Notes under the pieces: model-generated
What the model was told of the DNA's origin: nothing
The model's input: the letters and a program-made list of their open reading frames with translations, nothing else
Databases searched by the model: none
Translations under genes and position numbers: made by a program
Part shown: positions 22,051-30,348 of the stretch, piece after piece
Numbering within the stretch: position 1 is the stretch's first letter
Layout: every line of letters starts with the position of its first letter
Source of the DNA: Escherichia phage 204576
Sequence record: CP025907.1
DNA length: 31,521 nt
Direction: 5' to 3' (one strand)

Positions 22051-23165
22051 TTCCATTCCTTACCGCGTGCGTCGTTGTAAATATCGGTCATTTTTTGATT
22101 CGAATGGCCTAGCAAAATTTTGGTATCAACCCCCTGCTCTCTTAACAATCGCTCTGATAAAGATCTCTGCTCATGGAAAGAGGGAGGGGTGCCATTAGCA
22201 CGCCAGTTGTAATCCACAGAATCCCGGGCTTTTTTAAATGCAACGGTTAATGTTGCTGGCTTAACCATCCCGCCGCGCTTAGCTGTCCCTTTCGCGTGAT
22301 GGTGGTGCAATAGCCACGGACTAAGAACGCAATCGCGGCAGGATGACACCACATCATCCAGGGTGAGATTTAATTTATCGCAACGCAGAGCCAGAGGGAT
22401 GGCAATCCGGGTTCCTGTTTTTTGCTGTTCGACATGAAGATAACCATCCCGGATATCCGAAAATTGCATTTTGCAAATATCTGAAAGGCGCTGGCCTGTC
22501 ATCAGTGCCAGCAGCATACCGCGCTGTAAAAAGTAACCATCCTTTTCCGCTGCGTTATAAATCATCATCCACTCATCAAAAGTCAGTCGCTGTCTTGATA
22601 TCCGCACCTGCGGTTTTTTTGCCGATTCTGCAGGGTTAAAGCCTGGCGGGACATCGCCCGTTTGCTGAGCTTCCCGGAAAACATCGATCAGTACCTTCCT
22701 GAAAATTTGTCCCATTCTGTTATGTCCTCTGGCCTTGTACTCTTCCAGTACTGATACCACATCTTTTACGGTTATGGCATCTAACGGTCTGGTGCCAAAA
22801 CGTTCATCAAATACCCTGAGAGGGGCCGCTTTCTGTTTCAGCGTGTTGAGTTTGATCTCGCCGTTTTCATATCTTTCCTGTTGAATTTTTCTGTAATTAT
22901 TCAGAAAAATGGTAACGGTTGATGAACCGCCGGTATCACTAATAATTTTCTCCTGCAGACTGAGCATTTGTTCCATTTGCTGCCGGGCAAGACGGCTGTT
23001 CGCTTCTGCTGCAATAGTTTCTGCCAGTTTCTGGTCAATACTGCCGAGACCGTGATTTTTGCCTGTTATGGGATGCCTGTAACGCCAGTAAACTTTGTTA
23101 TTTCTTTTGTCAAAATACGGAGATAATCCCGGAACATTGGTTTTATATTTTCGCGGGCGCGCCAT
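22035..23165 (-). CDS. int: Tyrosine integrase (lambda Int family)
   Basis: Intact 376-aa ORF; C-terminal catalytic region (TFHE.RSLS.RL, LLGHSNQKMTDIYNDARGKEWKKL) parallels lambda Int (LLGHKSDTMASQYRDDRGREWDKI). Confidence 0.9.
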   Translation of the reverse strand: MARPRKYKTNVPGLSPYFDKRNNKVYWRYRHPITGKNHGLGSIDQKLAETIAAEANSRLARQQMEQMLSLQEKIISDTGGSSTVTIFLNNYRKIQQERYENGEIKLNTLKQKAAPLRVFDERFGTRPLDAITVKDVVSVLEEYKARGHNRMGQIFRKVLIDVFREAQQTGDVPPGFNPAESAKKPQVRISRQRLTFDEWMMIYNAAEKDGYFLQRGMLLALMTGQRLSDICKMQFSDIRDGYLHVEQQKTGTRIAIPLALRCDKLNLTLDDVVSSCRDCVLSPWLLHHHHAKGTAKRGGMVKPATLTVAFKKARDSVDYNWRANGTPPSFHEQRSLSERLLREQGVDTKILLGHSNQKMTDIYNDARGKEWKKLVI

Positions 23166-23391
23166 CTTCCAGTATCCTCTTCAAAGCAGGGTGATCTGTG
23201 GCGATCACCTCCGGCTTGTTTACCATTCCGACAAAGCGAGCTTGCGGATCCACTCGCCAGCGTCTTCCAACTTTTTTGGGGAGAGGAAATATCATTCCGG
23301 CTTTAGCGTATTTACTTAACGTACTCGGAGTTGGGACCGGTTCACTGAATTCCTCTTTTGCCCACTCAGTGAGCAGAATAAGTCTTGCCAT
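23143..23391 (-). CDS. xis: Excisionase (Xis-like)
   Basis: 82-aa ORF overlapping the int start by 23 nt; LTEWAK......P.P.TLSKYAKAGMIFP.PKKVGRRW resembles lambda Xis. Confidence 0.7.
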   Translation of the reverse strand: MARLILLTEWAKEEFSEPVPTPSTLSKYAKAGMIFPLPKKVGRRWRVDPQARFVGMVNKPEVIATDHPALKRILEDGAPAKI

Positions 23392-23455
23392 GAGCGTCGT
23401 TCGCTAATCATGGTCGCCGCCACTATAGCTGGTGGGCAACGACCGGGGTTGAACA

Positions 23456-25926
23456 TTAAAAATCAGCCTGATTCGGGATCAGTTTTTGCCAGATAACTGA
23501 AACGTATTTTGCCTGGTAACGGGCGTCATCAAGTGCATTATGGCGCTCACCTTCGAATGGAATAGCCGTTCTGGCATCGAAGTCTATGGCTTTCCCCAGC
23601 TCAACGATTGTGCGTACATCGCGATCGTTGTAGTAACGCCACGGGCAGGGGATCCCCTGCCGTTCGTATGAACGGCGCAAAATCGTGTTGTCGAAGTTGG
23701 CTCCATTTCCCCAGACATGAACAAAAAATTCACCGGAGTTTTCGTCGATAAATTCCCGCAATTGTAACAGTGCATCATCTAACGGGATTTCATCGGTCAT
23801 AATGGCAGACTGCGCTTCACGTGATTGCTTCAGCCACCTTTTAATGACGTCACGATCAATGACTCCGCCAGCAGTTTCCAGATCGATAGTCTTACTAAAT
23901 TCCGGTCCCATATCTCCGGTTTGCGGATCGAAAAATATTGCACCTATTGAGATAATCGGGGCATCAGGATTTTTTCCCATGGTTTCAAGGTCGATCATTA
24001 GATGGTCACACGTCCTGCTGGTGGATGTGATAACGTGATGACCGTTCATCGTAATTAAGGGATCTGCCGTCTCGCCAGTTTCACTATCGCTGGCGTGATC
24101 CTGAGCGCTACCAGCATTCTCCTTGTGTGGATGTTCAGCGCCTTCCATTTCCTTCGGATCATTTTCCTGAACTTCAACCTGATTCTCTTCATCGAATGTT
24201 TCCTGGTATGTTGCGTCACCCATCACCGCGCCACAATCAGGGCAGTTGCCGCCACCGCTTTGACCGCAGGCGGTGCAGACTTTTTCCGGTTCCTGTTGCG
24301 CTACTGGCTCAGGTTGTTTCGTTTCTGGCTCGTTTTGTAACGCATTTGGGCTGTTTTGTTCCGCTTTCTGGCCGTTCTGTTCCGTTTCTTGTTGGTTCTG
24401 ATTCACTGAATCGCGGGTTTCAATCCCCTTCACCCATTTCGGATCATTCGGGTCGCTAATCCCTGCAACAAATTCACCACGTGATACAGCAAGCAACTTA
24501 TTGGCGTCAGGCTGGCTGATATTGGCTGCCTGCATAATTTTGTTTACTTCGTCAGCGGTAACTTTTACCGGCTCTGGTTGTGCGATCGTGTCAGATGCAC
24601 CAGTATTTTGTTGTGAACCTGAGTATGTACTGTTTTTGCGGGCGAAATATTCTTCTTTCGTGATTTCAGTAGCCCCGGCAGCCAGCGCCTTATCCAGACC
24701 AGAAAGTTTGTTTGCGCGACCGTATTTTTCGCCATCCTTGTCGGTGAAGAGGAAGTAGAACGGCCCTTCACGCTCTACAGATGGTTCGACTTCCACTTTG
24801 CATTCGGTTTTTTCGTTGTCCGGAATTGCCGTTTCCACTGCATCAGTTTCTGGTACTGGCGACGAGAGAGTATCAGTTGCGCTCTGATTTCTTCCTTCAT
24901 CTTCAAACACGCCCTTTGTAGTCAGGTATTCAGTAATGTATTTGTTCAGTGCCACAGGGTCTTTGTGAATGTCGATCGGACGTTCACGGACAAGGCCAAA
25001 AATAGTCTGGCGGTCGTAGCGAAGGGCATCAGGCTGTTTGCGCATTGATGCCGAGATACGCTTCCAGTCTTCGCGGTCGTTGTCGATAACTTCATTTTTT
25101 GCCCAGCGATGGATGCTGCCGTCAATGTTTCCGGCATCCACATCACCAGGCCAGAGAGCGTAGGCCAGTTCGTCATCCAGTGTTTTCCATGTCTGCTTGT
25201 ATTCGCGATGAATGGCAGCAATGACCGGGCTGATTTTTCCTGTTGAATTTTCACTGTGCTGTTGATTGGTTCTGGCGCAGGCGAGATCAACAACAGACGT
25301 GTATTTTCCGGTTTCCTTGCGTTCACCTTCGCGACGTTTTTCCAGATGCGCATCTCTGCCTGAATTTCGGGCCATTTGGCACCAGGCTTACATTTATGCT
25401 TAACCCACCCGATGGCATGCAGCTTAAGCTCCGGATACATGGCGTTAACTTCTGGCATTTTCATCAACGCTTCAACGATATGTCCGTCGAATGTTGCCAT
25501 GTCTTCCTGCAACAATTCCTGTGCGCTAATAACCATATCAACGGTGATGTTTTCACATGTGTCGAACTTAACCATGACAGCGTTCTGTACTTCAGGGGAC
25601 AGCTTGTCAAAATTGACGTTCATCGGATCGGATTCTGGTTCGACTGGAATAAAGGAAGCGGATTCCTCATCCCAGCGGTTTTCCTGCATATATTCAGCAT
25701 CCCAGGAATCGAGGGCAGGGCGGGGTATACCGGGTTTATCCTCGCAGACAAGAAATTTATAAGCGCAGTCCTGAGCAGCCGGATAATGTTCCAGGAATTG
25801 CCAGTGAAATTTTGCGCGGGCGCGACGTTCATCACCGGCTTCAATGGCAGTGGCTACAGCGACGGCACCTTCTTCCTTTATTGCCTGTTCGTCCGGAATG
25901 GCGGCGCAAATAAAGACTTTACTCAT
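23456..25926 (-). CDS. Large exonuclease-like protein: acidic N-terminal domain, Cys4 zinc ribbon, C-terminal DEDDh (DnaQ-like) 3'-5' exonuclease domain; probably one frameshift near 25250-25375
   Basis: ORFs 24946..25926 and 23456..25375 overlap in different frames and both look protein-like near the junction. C-terminus carries DEDDh motifs (IDLETMG, VWGNGANFDNTIL, HNALDDARYQA) and a central CTACG...CPDCG zinc ribbon. Confidence 0.65.
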
Positions 25927-26205
25927 TTTGTTTTAACCTCATTACAGATTTCAGGGTGAACGAATCCCTGCCATTGCTGGCATTTTTAATCCGTTGGTAT
26001 GGCGTTAATATGGCTGGCGGGTTATCCAGCCGGTATTTCGTTATTCAGGTTCAGCGATACTTTTTTAACGGGAGGCATTCACCGGGGATTTTTTGTTCGT
26101 CCCTTACCTGAATGCAGGATGACTTACTGTCATAAATTCCGGTAATCACATTTTGTGGCTCACCCGTTATAAGAAAAACGGTCATCACCAGTGCAAATGC
26201 TGAAG

Positions 26206-26394
26206 TCACTGCTGTTCTCCGATAATACCAAGTTCAAGAAGGGCAATTCTGGAAAGTATGGAATTATCATTGAGAAGATAAGGTTCATATTTTCTCATCT
26301 TAATGGCATCTTCCGTAAACTCCCGGTTACTGAGCAGAACACCAATATCAAAACAACCTTCAGACGTATTAACGTTTGGTAATAACGTTTCCAT
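26206..26394 (-). CDS. dicB: DicB-like cell-division inhibitor (62 aa)
   Basis: METLLPNVNTSEGCFDIGV...TEDAI matches my recollection of E. coli Qin DicB (MKTLLPNVNTSEGCFEIGV...); GAGGA ribosome-binding site 7 nt upstream; same length (62 aa); immediately downstream of a DicF-like sequence. Confidence 0.7.
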   Translation of the reverse strand: METLLPNVNTSEGCFDIGVLLSNREFTEDAIKMRKYEPYLLNDNSILSRIALLELGIIGEQQ

Positions 26395-26563
26395 TATCGC
26401 GTCCTCAACAATGAATTTTGTGATGCGGTGCCTGGTGCCTCCAGGTGACGTTAACCAGTTAACAATTAACGCCGGATACAGAGAATCCACCCATAACACT
26501 GTTTTTGGTTTTAACTGTTCCGCGTGCGCTCAGCCGCATTCACCACATCACAAAATTCACTTT

Positions 26564-26621
26564 AAAAAGGGCGGCAGAGCAGTCACGGAGTAAAACTGAT
26601 ACCGCCAAACGTCACCAGAAA
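26564..26621 (-). ncRNA. dicF: DicF-like small RNA with intrinsic terminator
   Basis: Minus-strand sequence UUUCUGGUGACGUUUGGCGGUAUCAGUUUUACUCCGUGACUGCUCUGCCGCCC followed by UUUUU; matches recalled 53-nt DicF (ftsZ-targeting sRNA) and sits directly upstream of dicB as in the Qin operon. Confidence 0.75.
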
Positions 26622-26961
26622 ATTGATAACAGAGGGCGTTGCAGCGGAGTTGTCACTTAAGCGTATGGTCAACCTGACAACCCGGTGTCCTCAACGGAGG
26701 AAGGAATAACCCGCCATACTTACCGCCGCGCCATTTCGCGGATTGCCACAACCGGAAGCGCACGGTCGACGAAAATTTAACGACAGGCTATCTATGAACC
26801 AGCTACCTCGCCGTGCGCTTTCGCGTTATGGTCTGACTTTTCAGGGAAATATCCTTTCAGTAAACTGTCAGTGCCGGATGCTCACCCGTGTCCGGCGCAC
26901 GCACTCCACCTCACCCGTGGAGAACTCCTTAATTACTAACCTTAGCTTTGTTGATTAGCTA

Positions 26962-27180
26962 CTAACGCGGGTATGTAATCATTCTGGCAATGCTTAATGC
27001 CGCTGCTTTTTCCAGATTGGTGATATCCTGCTCCAGAGCGGACAGATTTTCAGCCTGCTTAGCCCTGGTTTCATTGGCCCATTTCAAATCCTGCGCTGCA
27101 TTAATTTTCTGGCGCATCCACTCATAAAGTTCATCATCGGTATAGTCTGGCGCGATGATGACGGGTTCTCGTTTCTGCAT
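26962..27180 (-). CDS. YdfC-like small protein (72 aa)
   Basis: GAGGAA ribosome-binding site; 72 aa, the same length and operon position as ydfC in the Qin dicB operon; no independent sequence recall. Confidence 0.55.
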   Translation of the reverse strand: MQKREPVIIAPDYTDDELYEWMRQKINAAQDLKWANETRAKQAENLSALEQDITNLEKAAALSIARMITYPR

Positions 27181-27209
27181 ACTGATTCCTCGCGGTGCTG
27201 TTTCGCTTA

Positions 27210-27338
27210 TCAGCCGTTAGATTTTGCCGAACTGGAAAGCACCTGTTTAAATTCGTTGAAGCTGTGAGCTTCTTCGCCTTCGGCAAGGCCTTCGAAGTAT
27301 TCTTCGTAAGCCTTTTCCATGATTGTGTCAAAATCCAT
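27210..27338 (-). CDS. YdfB-like small acidic protein (42 aa)
   Basis: ATG 1 nt after the upstream stop (TGAtATG), AGGTGA ribosome-binding site; MDFDTIMEKAYEEYFEGLAEGEEAHSFNEFKQVLSSSAKSNG; length and position match ydfB of Qin. Confidence 0.45.
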   Translation of the reverse strand: MDFDTIMEKAYEEYFEGLAEGEEAHSFNEFKQVLSSSAKSNG

Positions 27339-27339
27339 A

Positions 27340-27495
27340 TCACTCACCTGAGTTTCTTTCCAGCCAGCGACGGGCACCATTTTCGGTTTGAAACGTTTTG
27401 CTTTTGGTATACGTCATCGCGGTGAACGTACCGTCCTGGTTGGGGAACACGCCACATACCAGAGATTCGCTGTTGCCAAGATCGATAGTATCCAT
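27340..27495 (-). CDS. YdfA/YdaF-like DUF1391 small protein (51 aa)
   Basis: Internal start MDTIDLGNSESLVCGVFPNQDGTFTAMTYTKSKTF with a GAGGT ribosome-binding site; 51 aa, first gene of the leftward operon as ydfA is in Qin. Confidence 0.55.
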   Translation of the reverse strand: MDTIDLGNSESLVCGVFPNQDGTFTAMTYTKSKTFQTENGARRWLERNSGE

Positions 27496-27674
27496 GCTGA
27501 CCTCATTTCCCCTTAACGCCGGGGTAGCGGAACAAAAACCTGCTGCATAGTTATTAAAGTTGAACCCTGCCGTCATGTTCTTACGCCTCGGGCTGGCTAC
27601 TTAACCCCTGACCACTGCCTGGTAACTCGAAGTATTGCCCTGCATTCTGTGGGGTGGGGAGAGGGAATGAATGA

Positions 27675-27703
27675 AGTTTAGAAAAATGAACTTTTTATGT
27701 CAA
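27675..27703 (-). promoter_or_regulatory. Candidate pL-like promoter for the leftward early operon
   Basis: Minus-strand TTGACA (27703..27698), 17-nt spacer, TAAACT (27680..27675); located between the repressor gene and the ydfA-like gene. Confidence 0.35.
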
Positions 27704-27787
27704 TGTTTTTTTATCAAAACATTTTAAGCAGGCAGCTGTTAAGCCATCACCACGATGGCATACAGTTAATCAAATAGATGAGGTCGG

Positions 27788-28425
27788 TTAAATATCTTGT
27801 TGAATTTTAAAGCATACGCCCAATATGCAAGATAGATCATCCAGCATAATTGAAGGGTAGCGAGGATTCGTGGGGACTAAAAGAATATCCGGCCCTTCTA
27901 TCTCCAGTTTACGAATGACAGGTGTTGTGGTCCCTTTGGGTAAGGCAAGGACAATATTTCCTGGTTGTACGGTTCGATCGGGATCAACAAAAACTGTTGA
28001 ACCATTTGGGATGGAAACTCCCCCACCAGATGTTGACATACTGTCACTCTCTAGAACAACTGCAAAGGTATTGGCCGGGATTTCTCCGACAAGCTGCACA
28101 CAAGAGGTTATTGAGGAATTTTTCATATAATCACTCCAGCTTGCTGCCTGCTGAAGTGATAGTAGCGGAACCGTTTTTATCGGCGGTAAAGATAGATCAA
28201 GCGAATCACTGTATTTAACTCTCCTCCATTAAGAAGCCAATTTTCGTTTACTTTCAATATTTTTGCCAGTGAACTTATGTAACGCGAGGACGGCGCTCCT
28301 CCACCGTTCATCCATTGACTTACGGAGCCTTTTGATGCGCCAGTGGCATTGACAAGGTCTTTGCCTTTCAGGTTTAGCGCATGCATACGTTGGGTTATGC
28401 GTTCAGATATTGTTTGCTTGCTCAT
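27788..28425 (-). CDS. cI-like repressor (N-terminal HTH plus C-terminal S24 LexA-type peptidase domain); one frameshift near 28180-28228
   Basis: HTH ORF 28177..28425 (LKGKDLVNATGASKGSVSQWMNG); S24 frame open from 28228 to 27788 with linker VPLLSLQQAAS, nucleophile region LESDSMS and lysine region PVIRKLE. Confidence 0.75.
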
Positions 28426-28458
28426 GTTTTGATTTTAAAACACAGATGGTTTTGTTTC

Positions 28459-28487
28459 TTGACTTTCTTTGGTTTTGATTATTAAAC
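28459..28487 (+). promoter_or_regulatory. Candidate pR-like promoter upstream of the cro-like gene
   Basis: TTGACT at 28459..28464 with a TATTAA/TTAAAC -10-like element 15-17 nt downstream; TGGTTTTG direct repeats nearby may be operator half-sites. Confidence 0.3.
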
Positions 28488-28516
28488 TTTTGGCGTTCAG
28501 TTTTATGGAGCGACTC

Positions 28517-28747
28517 ATGAAAAAATCAGAAGTATTAGGCTATTTTGGCGGAGTTGTTAAAACAGCCGCAGCTCTAGGAACGTCAAAAACCACAGTCAGC
28601 ATGTGGGGGGAAGAGGTTCCGTGGAAATGGGCGTTGCTAATTCAGGCAGTCACTGCCGGGGCGCTCAAATATGAGTTACACATACCGACGGTTGTCATTC
28701 CCGGTTCTGATCATAATCCGCCTTCTAACCAAGGGGGGGATTCATGA
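28517..28747 (+). CDS. Cro-like HTH regulator (DicC/YdaS-like, 76 aa)
   Basis: MKKSEVLGYFGGVVKTAAALGTSKTTVSMWGE HTH motif; divergent from the repressor; GGAG ribosome-binding site. Confidence 0.65.
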   Translation: MKKSEVLGYFGGVVKTAAALGTSKTTVSMWGEEVPWKWALLIQAVTAGALKYELHIPTVVIPGSDHNPPSNQGGDS

Positions 28748-29168
28748 AAATCAAGCATGAACACATCCGCATGGCGATGAATGCCTGGGCGCGTCCTGAT
28801 GGCGAAAAAGTTCCGGCAGCTGGAATAACCCAGGCTTATTTTGAGTTGGGTATGACGTTTCCTGAACTGTACGACGACAGCCATCCGGAAGCCCTGGCTC
28901 GCAATACCCAGAAAATTTTCCGCTGGATAGAGAAAGACACCCCTGATGCAGTTGAAAAATTCAGGCGTTGTTACCAGCGATCGAAAAGGCAATGCCACCT
29001 TTGCTGGTGGCCAGAATGCGCAGCCACAGTTCAGCTTATTTTCGGGAGCTGGTGGAGACGCGGGAGCGACTGGTGAGAGACGCTGATGATTTTGTCGCAG
29101 TGGCAATCGCCGGTTTCAATCAGATGAACCGTGGTGGCCCGGCAGGAAATGCTGTGGCAGTACATTGA
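28744..29168 (+). CDS. YdaT-like protein (proposed CII functional analogue); frameshift near 28970-29000
   Basis: N-terminus MKIKHEHI matches my recollection of Rac YdaT; combined length about 141 aa (YdaT is 140 aa); start overlaps the cro-like stop (ATGA). Confidence 0.5.
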
Positions 29169-29233
29169 CTGACAATAGCCATATCGAATCGCTTCCGGCA
29201 ACTCGTGAGTAAAAAGATTCGGTATCAGAAGAG

Positions 29234-30231
29234 GTGAGTATGGCTAACGCCTGGCTCAGATTATGGCATGACATGCCAAATGACCCTAAGTGGCGAACAA
29301 TTGCCAGGGTGTCAGGGCAGCCAATTGCAACAGTGATGGCAGTGTATATCCACCTCCTGGTGAGCGCGTCACGAAATGTCACGCGAGGTCACATTGATGT
29401 CACGACAGAAGATTTGGCAAGTGCGCTCGACGTGACAGAAGAGGTAATTGATTCAATTTTGCAGACGATGCAGGGGCGGGTACTTGATGGTGATTTAATC
29501 ACTGGATGGGAAAAACGCCAGGTGCTTAAAGAGGACAACGGCAATATTTCGCAACCGCAAAATCTCCTGCAGAGCGCAAGAGGGCGCAGCGAGAGAGGGA
29601 AAGAAAGCGGGAACAAAATGGCGATTGTCACGGCACGTCACGAAATGTCACGCACATGTCACGACGAGTCACGACAGATAAAGATACAGATAAAGATACA
29701 GATCAAGAAGATCAAAACACTATGGTCCATGGCGTAAAAAACGCCACGAACCAGGCAGGGGATGTTCAGACCGTCAATCTTGGTCAGCCAGCAGGCACGA
29801 CACCGGAAGCCGATTCAGCGTATGCGCTGAAAGCCGATTCGGGCGCTGTGCAGCAGGTGATGACCGCAAGGCCGGAGCAATCACACCAACTGCAGCAGCC
29901 TGAAGCCGATTCCGCCATTCAGCGGGAAGCCGATCGGGTAGTCCCGGAAAACACCGGGCAGTCTGTGGGACGAGTGGATTATCCGGATGTGTTCGAACAG
30001 GTCTGGCGGGAGTACCCGTTGCGTGCTGGGGCAAACCCGAAGAAATCCGCTTTCAGTGCCTGGAAGGCCAGATTACGCGAGGGGGTGCCACCAGAGGCCA
30101 TGCTGGATGGCGTGAGGCGTTACGCAAGATACTTGGCGGCTACCGGGAAAACGGGAACGGAATTTGTTCAGCGAGCGACGACGTTTTTTGGACCGGACCG
30201 GAATTTGAGAACTCCTGGTTGCTCCCGGTAA
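29234..30231 (+). CDS. Replication initiator (phage O-like replisome organiser) containing internal origin iterons; frame change inside the second iteron cluster
   Basis: ORFs 29234..29737 and 29656..30231 overlap in different frames across the iterons; position after the cro/cII-like genes as for lambda O; ori-within-gene architecture. Confidence 0.6.
29368..29405. repeat. Iteron cluster 1: four GTCAC(G/A) repeats at 10-11 bp spacing
   Basis: GTCAC at 29368, 29378, 29388 and 29399. Confidence 0.7.
29627..29720. repeat. Iteron cluster 2 (five GTCACG repeats at about 10-bp phasing) plus A-rich GATAAAGATACA tandem repeat; candidate replication origin
   Basis: GTCAC at 29627, 29637, 29647, 29658 and 29668, then gataaagatacagataaagatacagatcaagaagatcaaaac. 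Confidence 0.7.
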
Positions 30232-30348
30232 GCGGCACGAACAACCAGCGTTGTGTGAATCATATTTCTGAACCGGATAACGAAATTCCGCCGGGCTTCA
30301 GGGGGTAAGTGTTAATTTCTGGTCATGAGGTAATTTTCAGGAGGGCTT

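Noticed and set aside
24095-24758. Plus-strand ORFs (81-110 aa) inside the exonuclease gene
   Set aside because: Antisense to a minus-strand protein with clear DEDDh motifs and zinc ribbon; no start signals.
26303-26958. Plus-strand ORFs 26303..26593 and 26743..26958
   Set aside because: They lie antisense to or overlapping the dicF/dicB region, have no ribosome-binding sites, and the locus is explained by the minus-strand operon.
27134-27425. ORFs 27134..27343 (minus) and 27195..27425 (plus)
   Set aside because: They overlap the better-supported ydfB-like and ydfC-like minus-strand genes, which have ribosome-binding sites and translational coupling; compositions look non-coding.
29368-29720. 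Possible CRISPR-like repeat array
   Set aside because: Repeats are 6-7 bp at about 10-bp phasing inside a coding region with no spacers of 28-40 bp and no cas genes; the pattern is that of replication-origin iterons.
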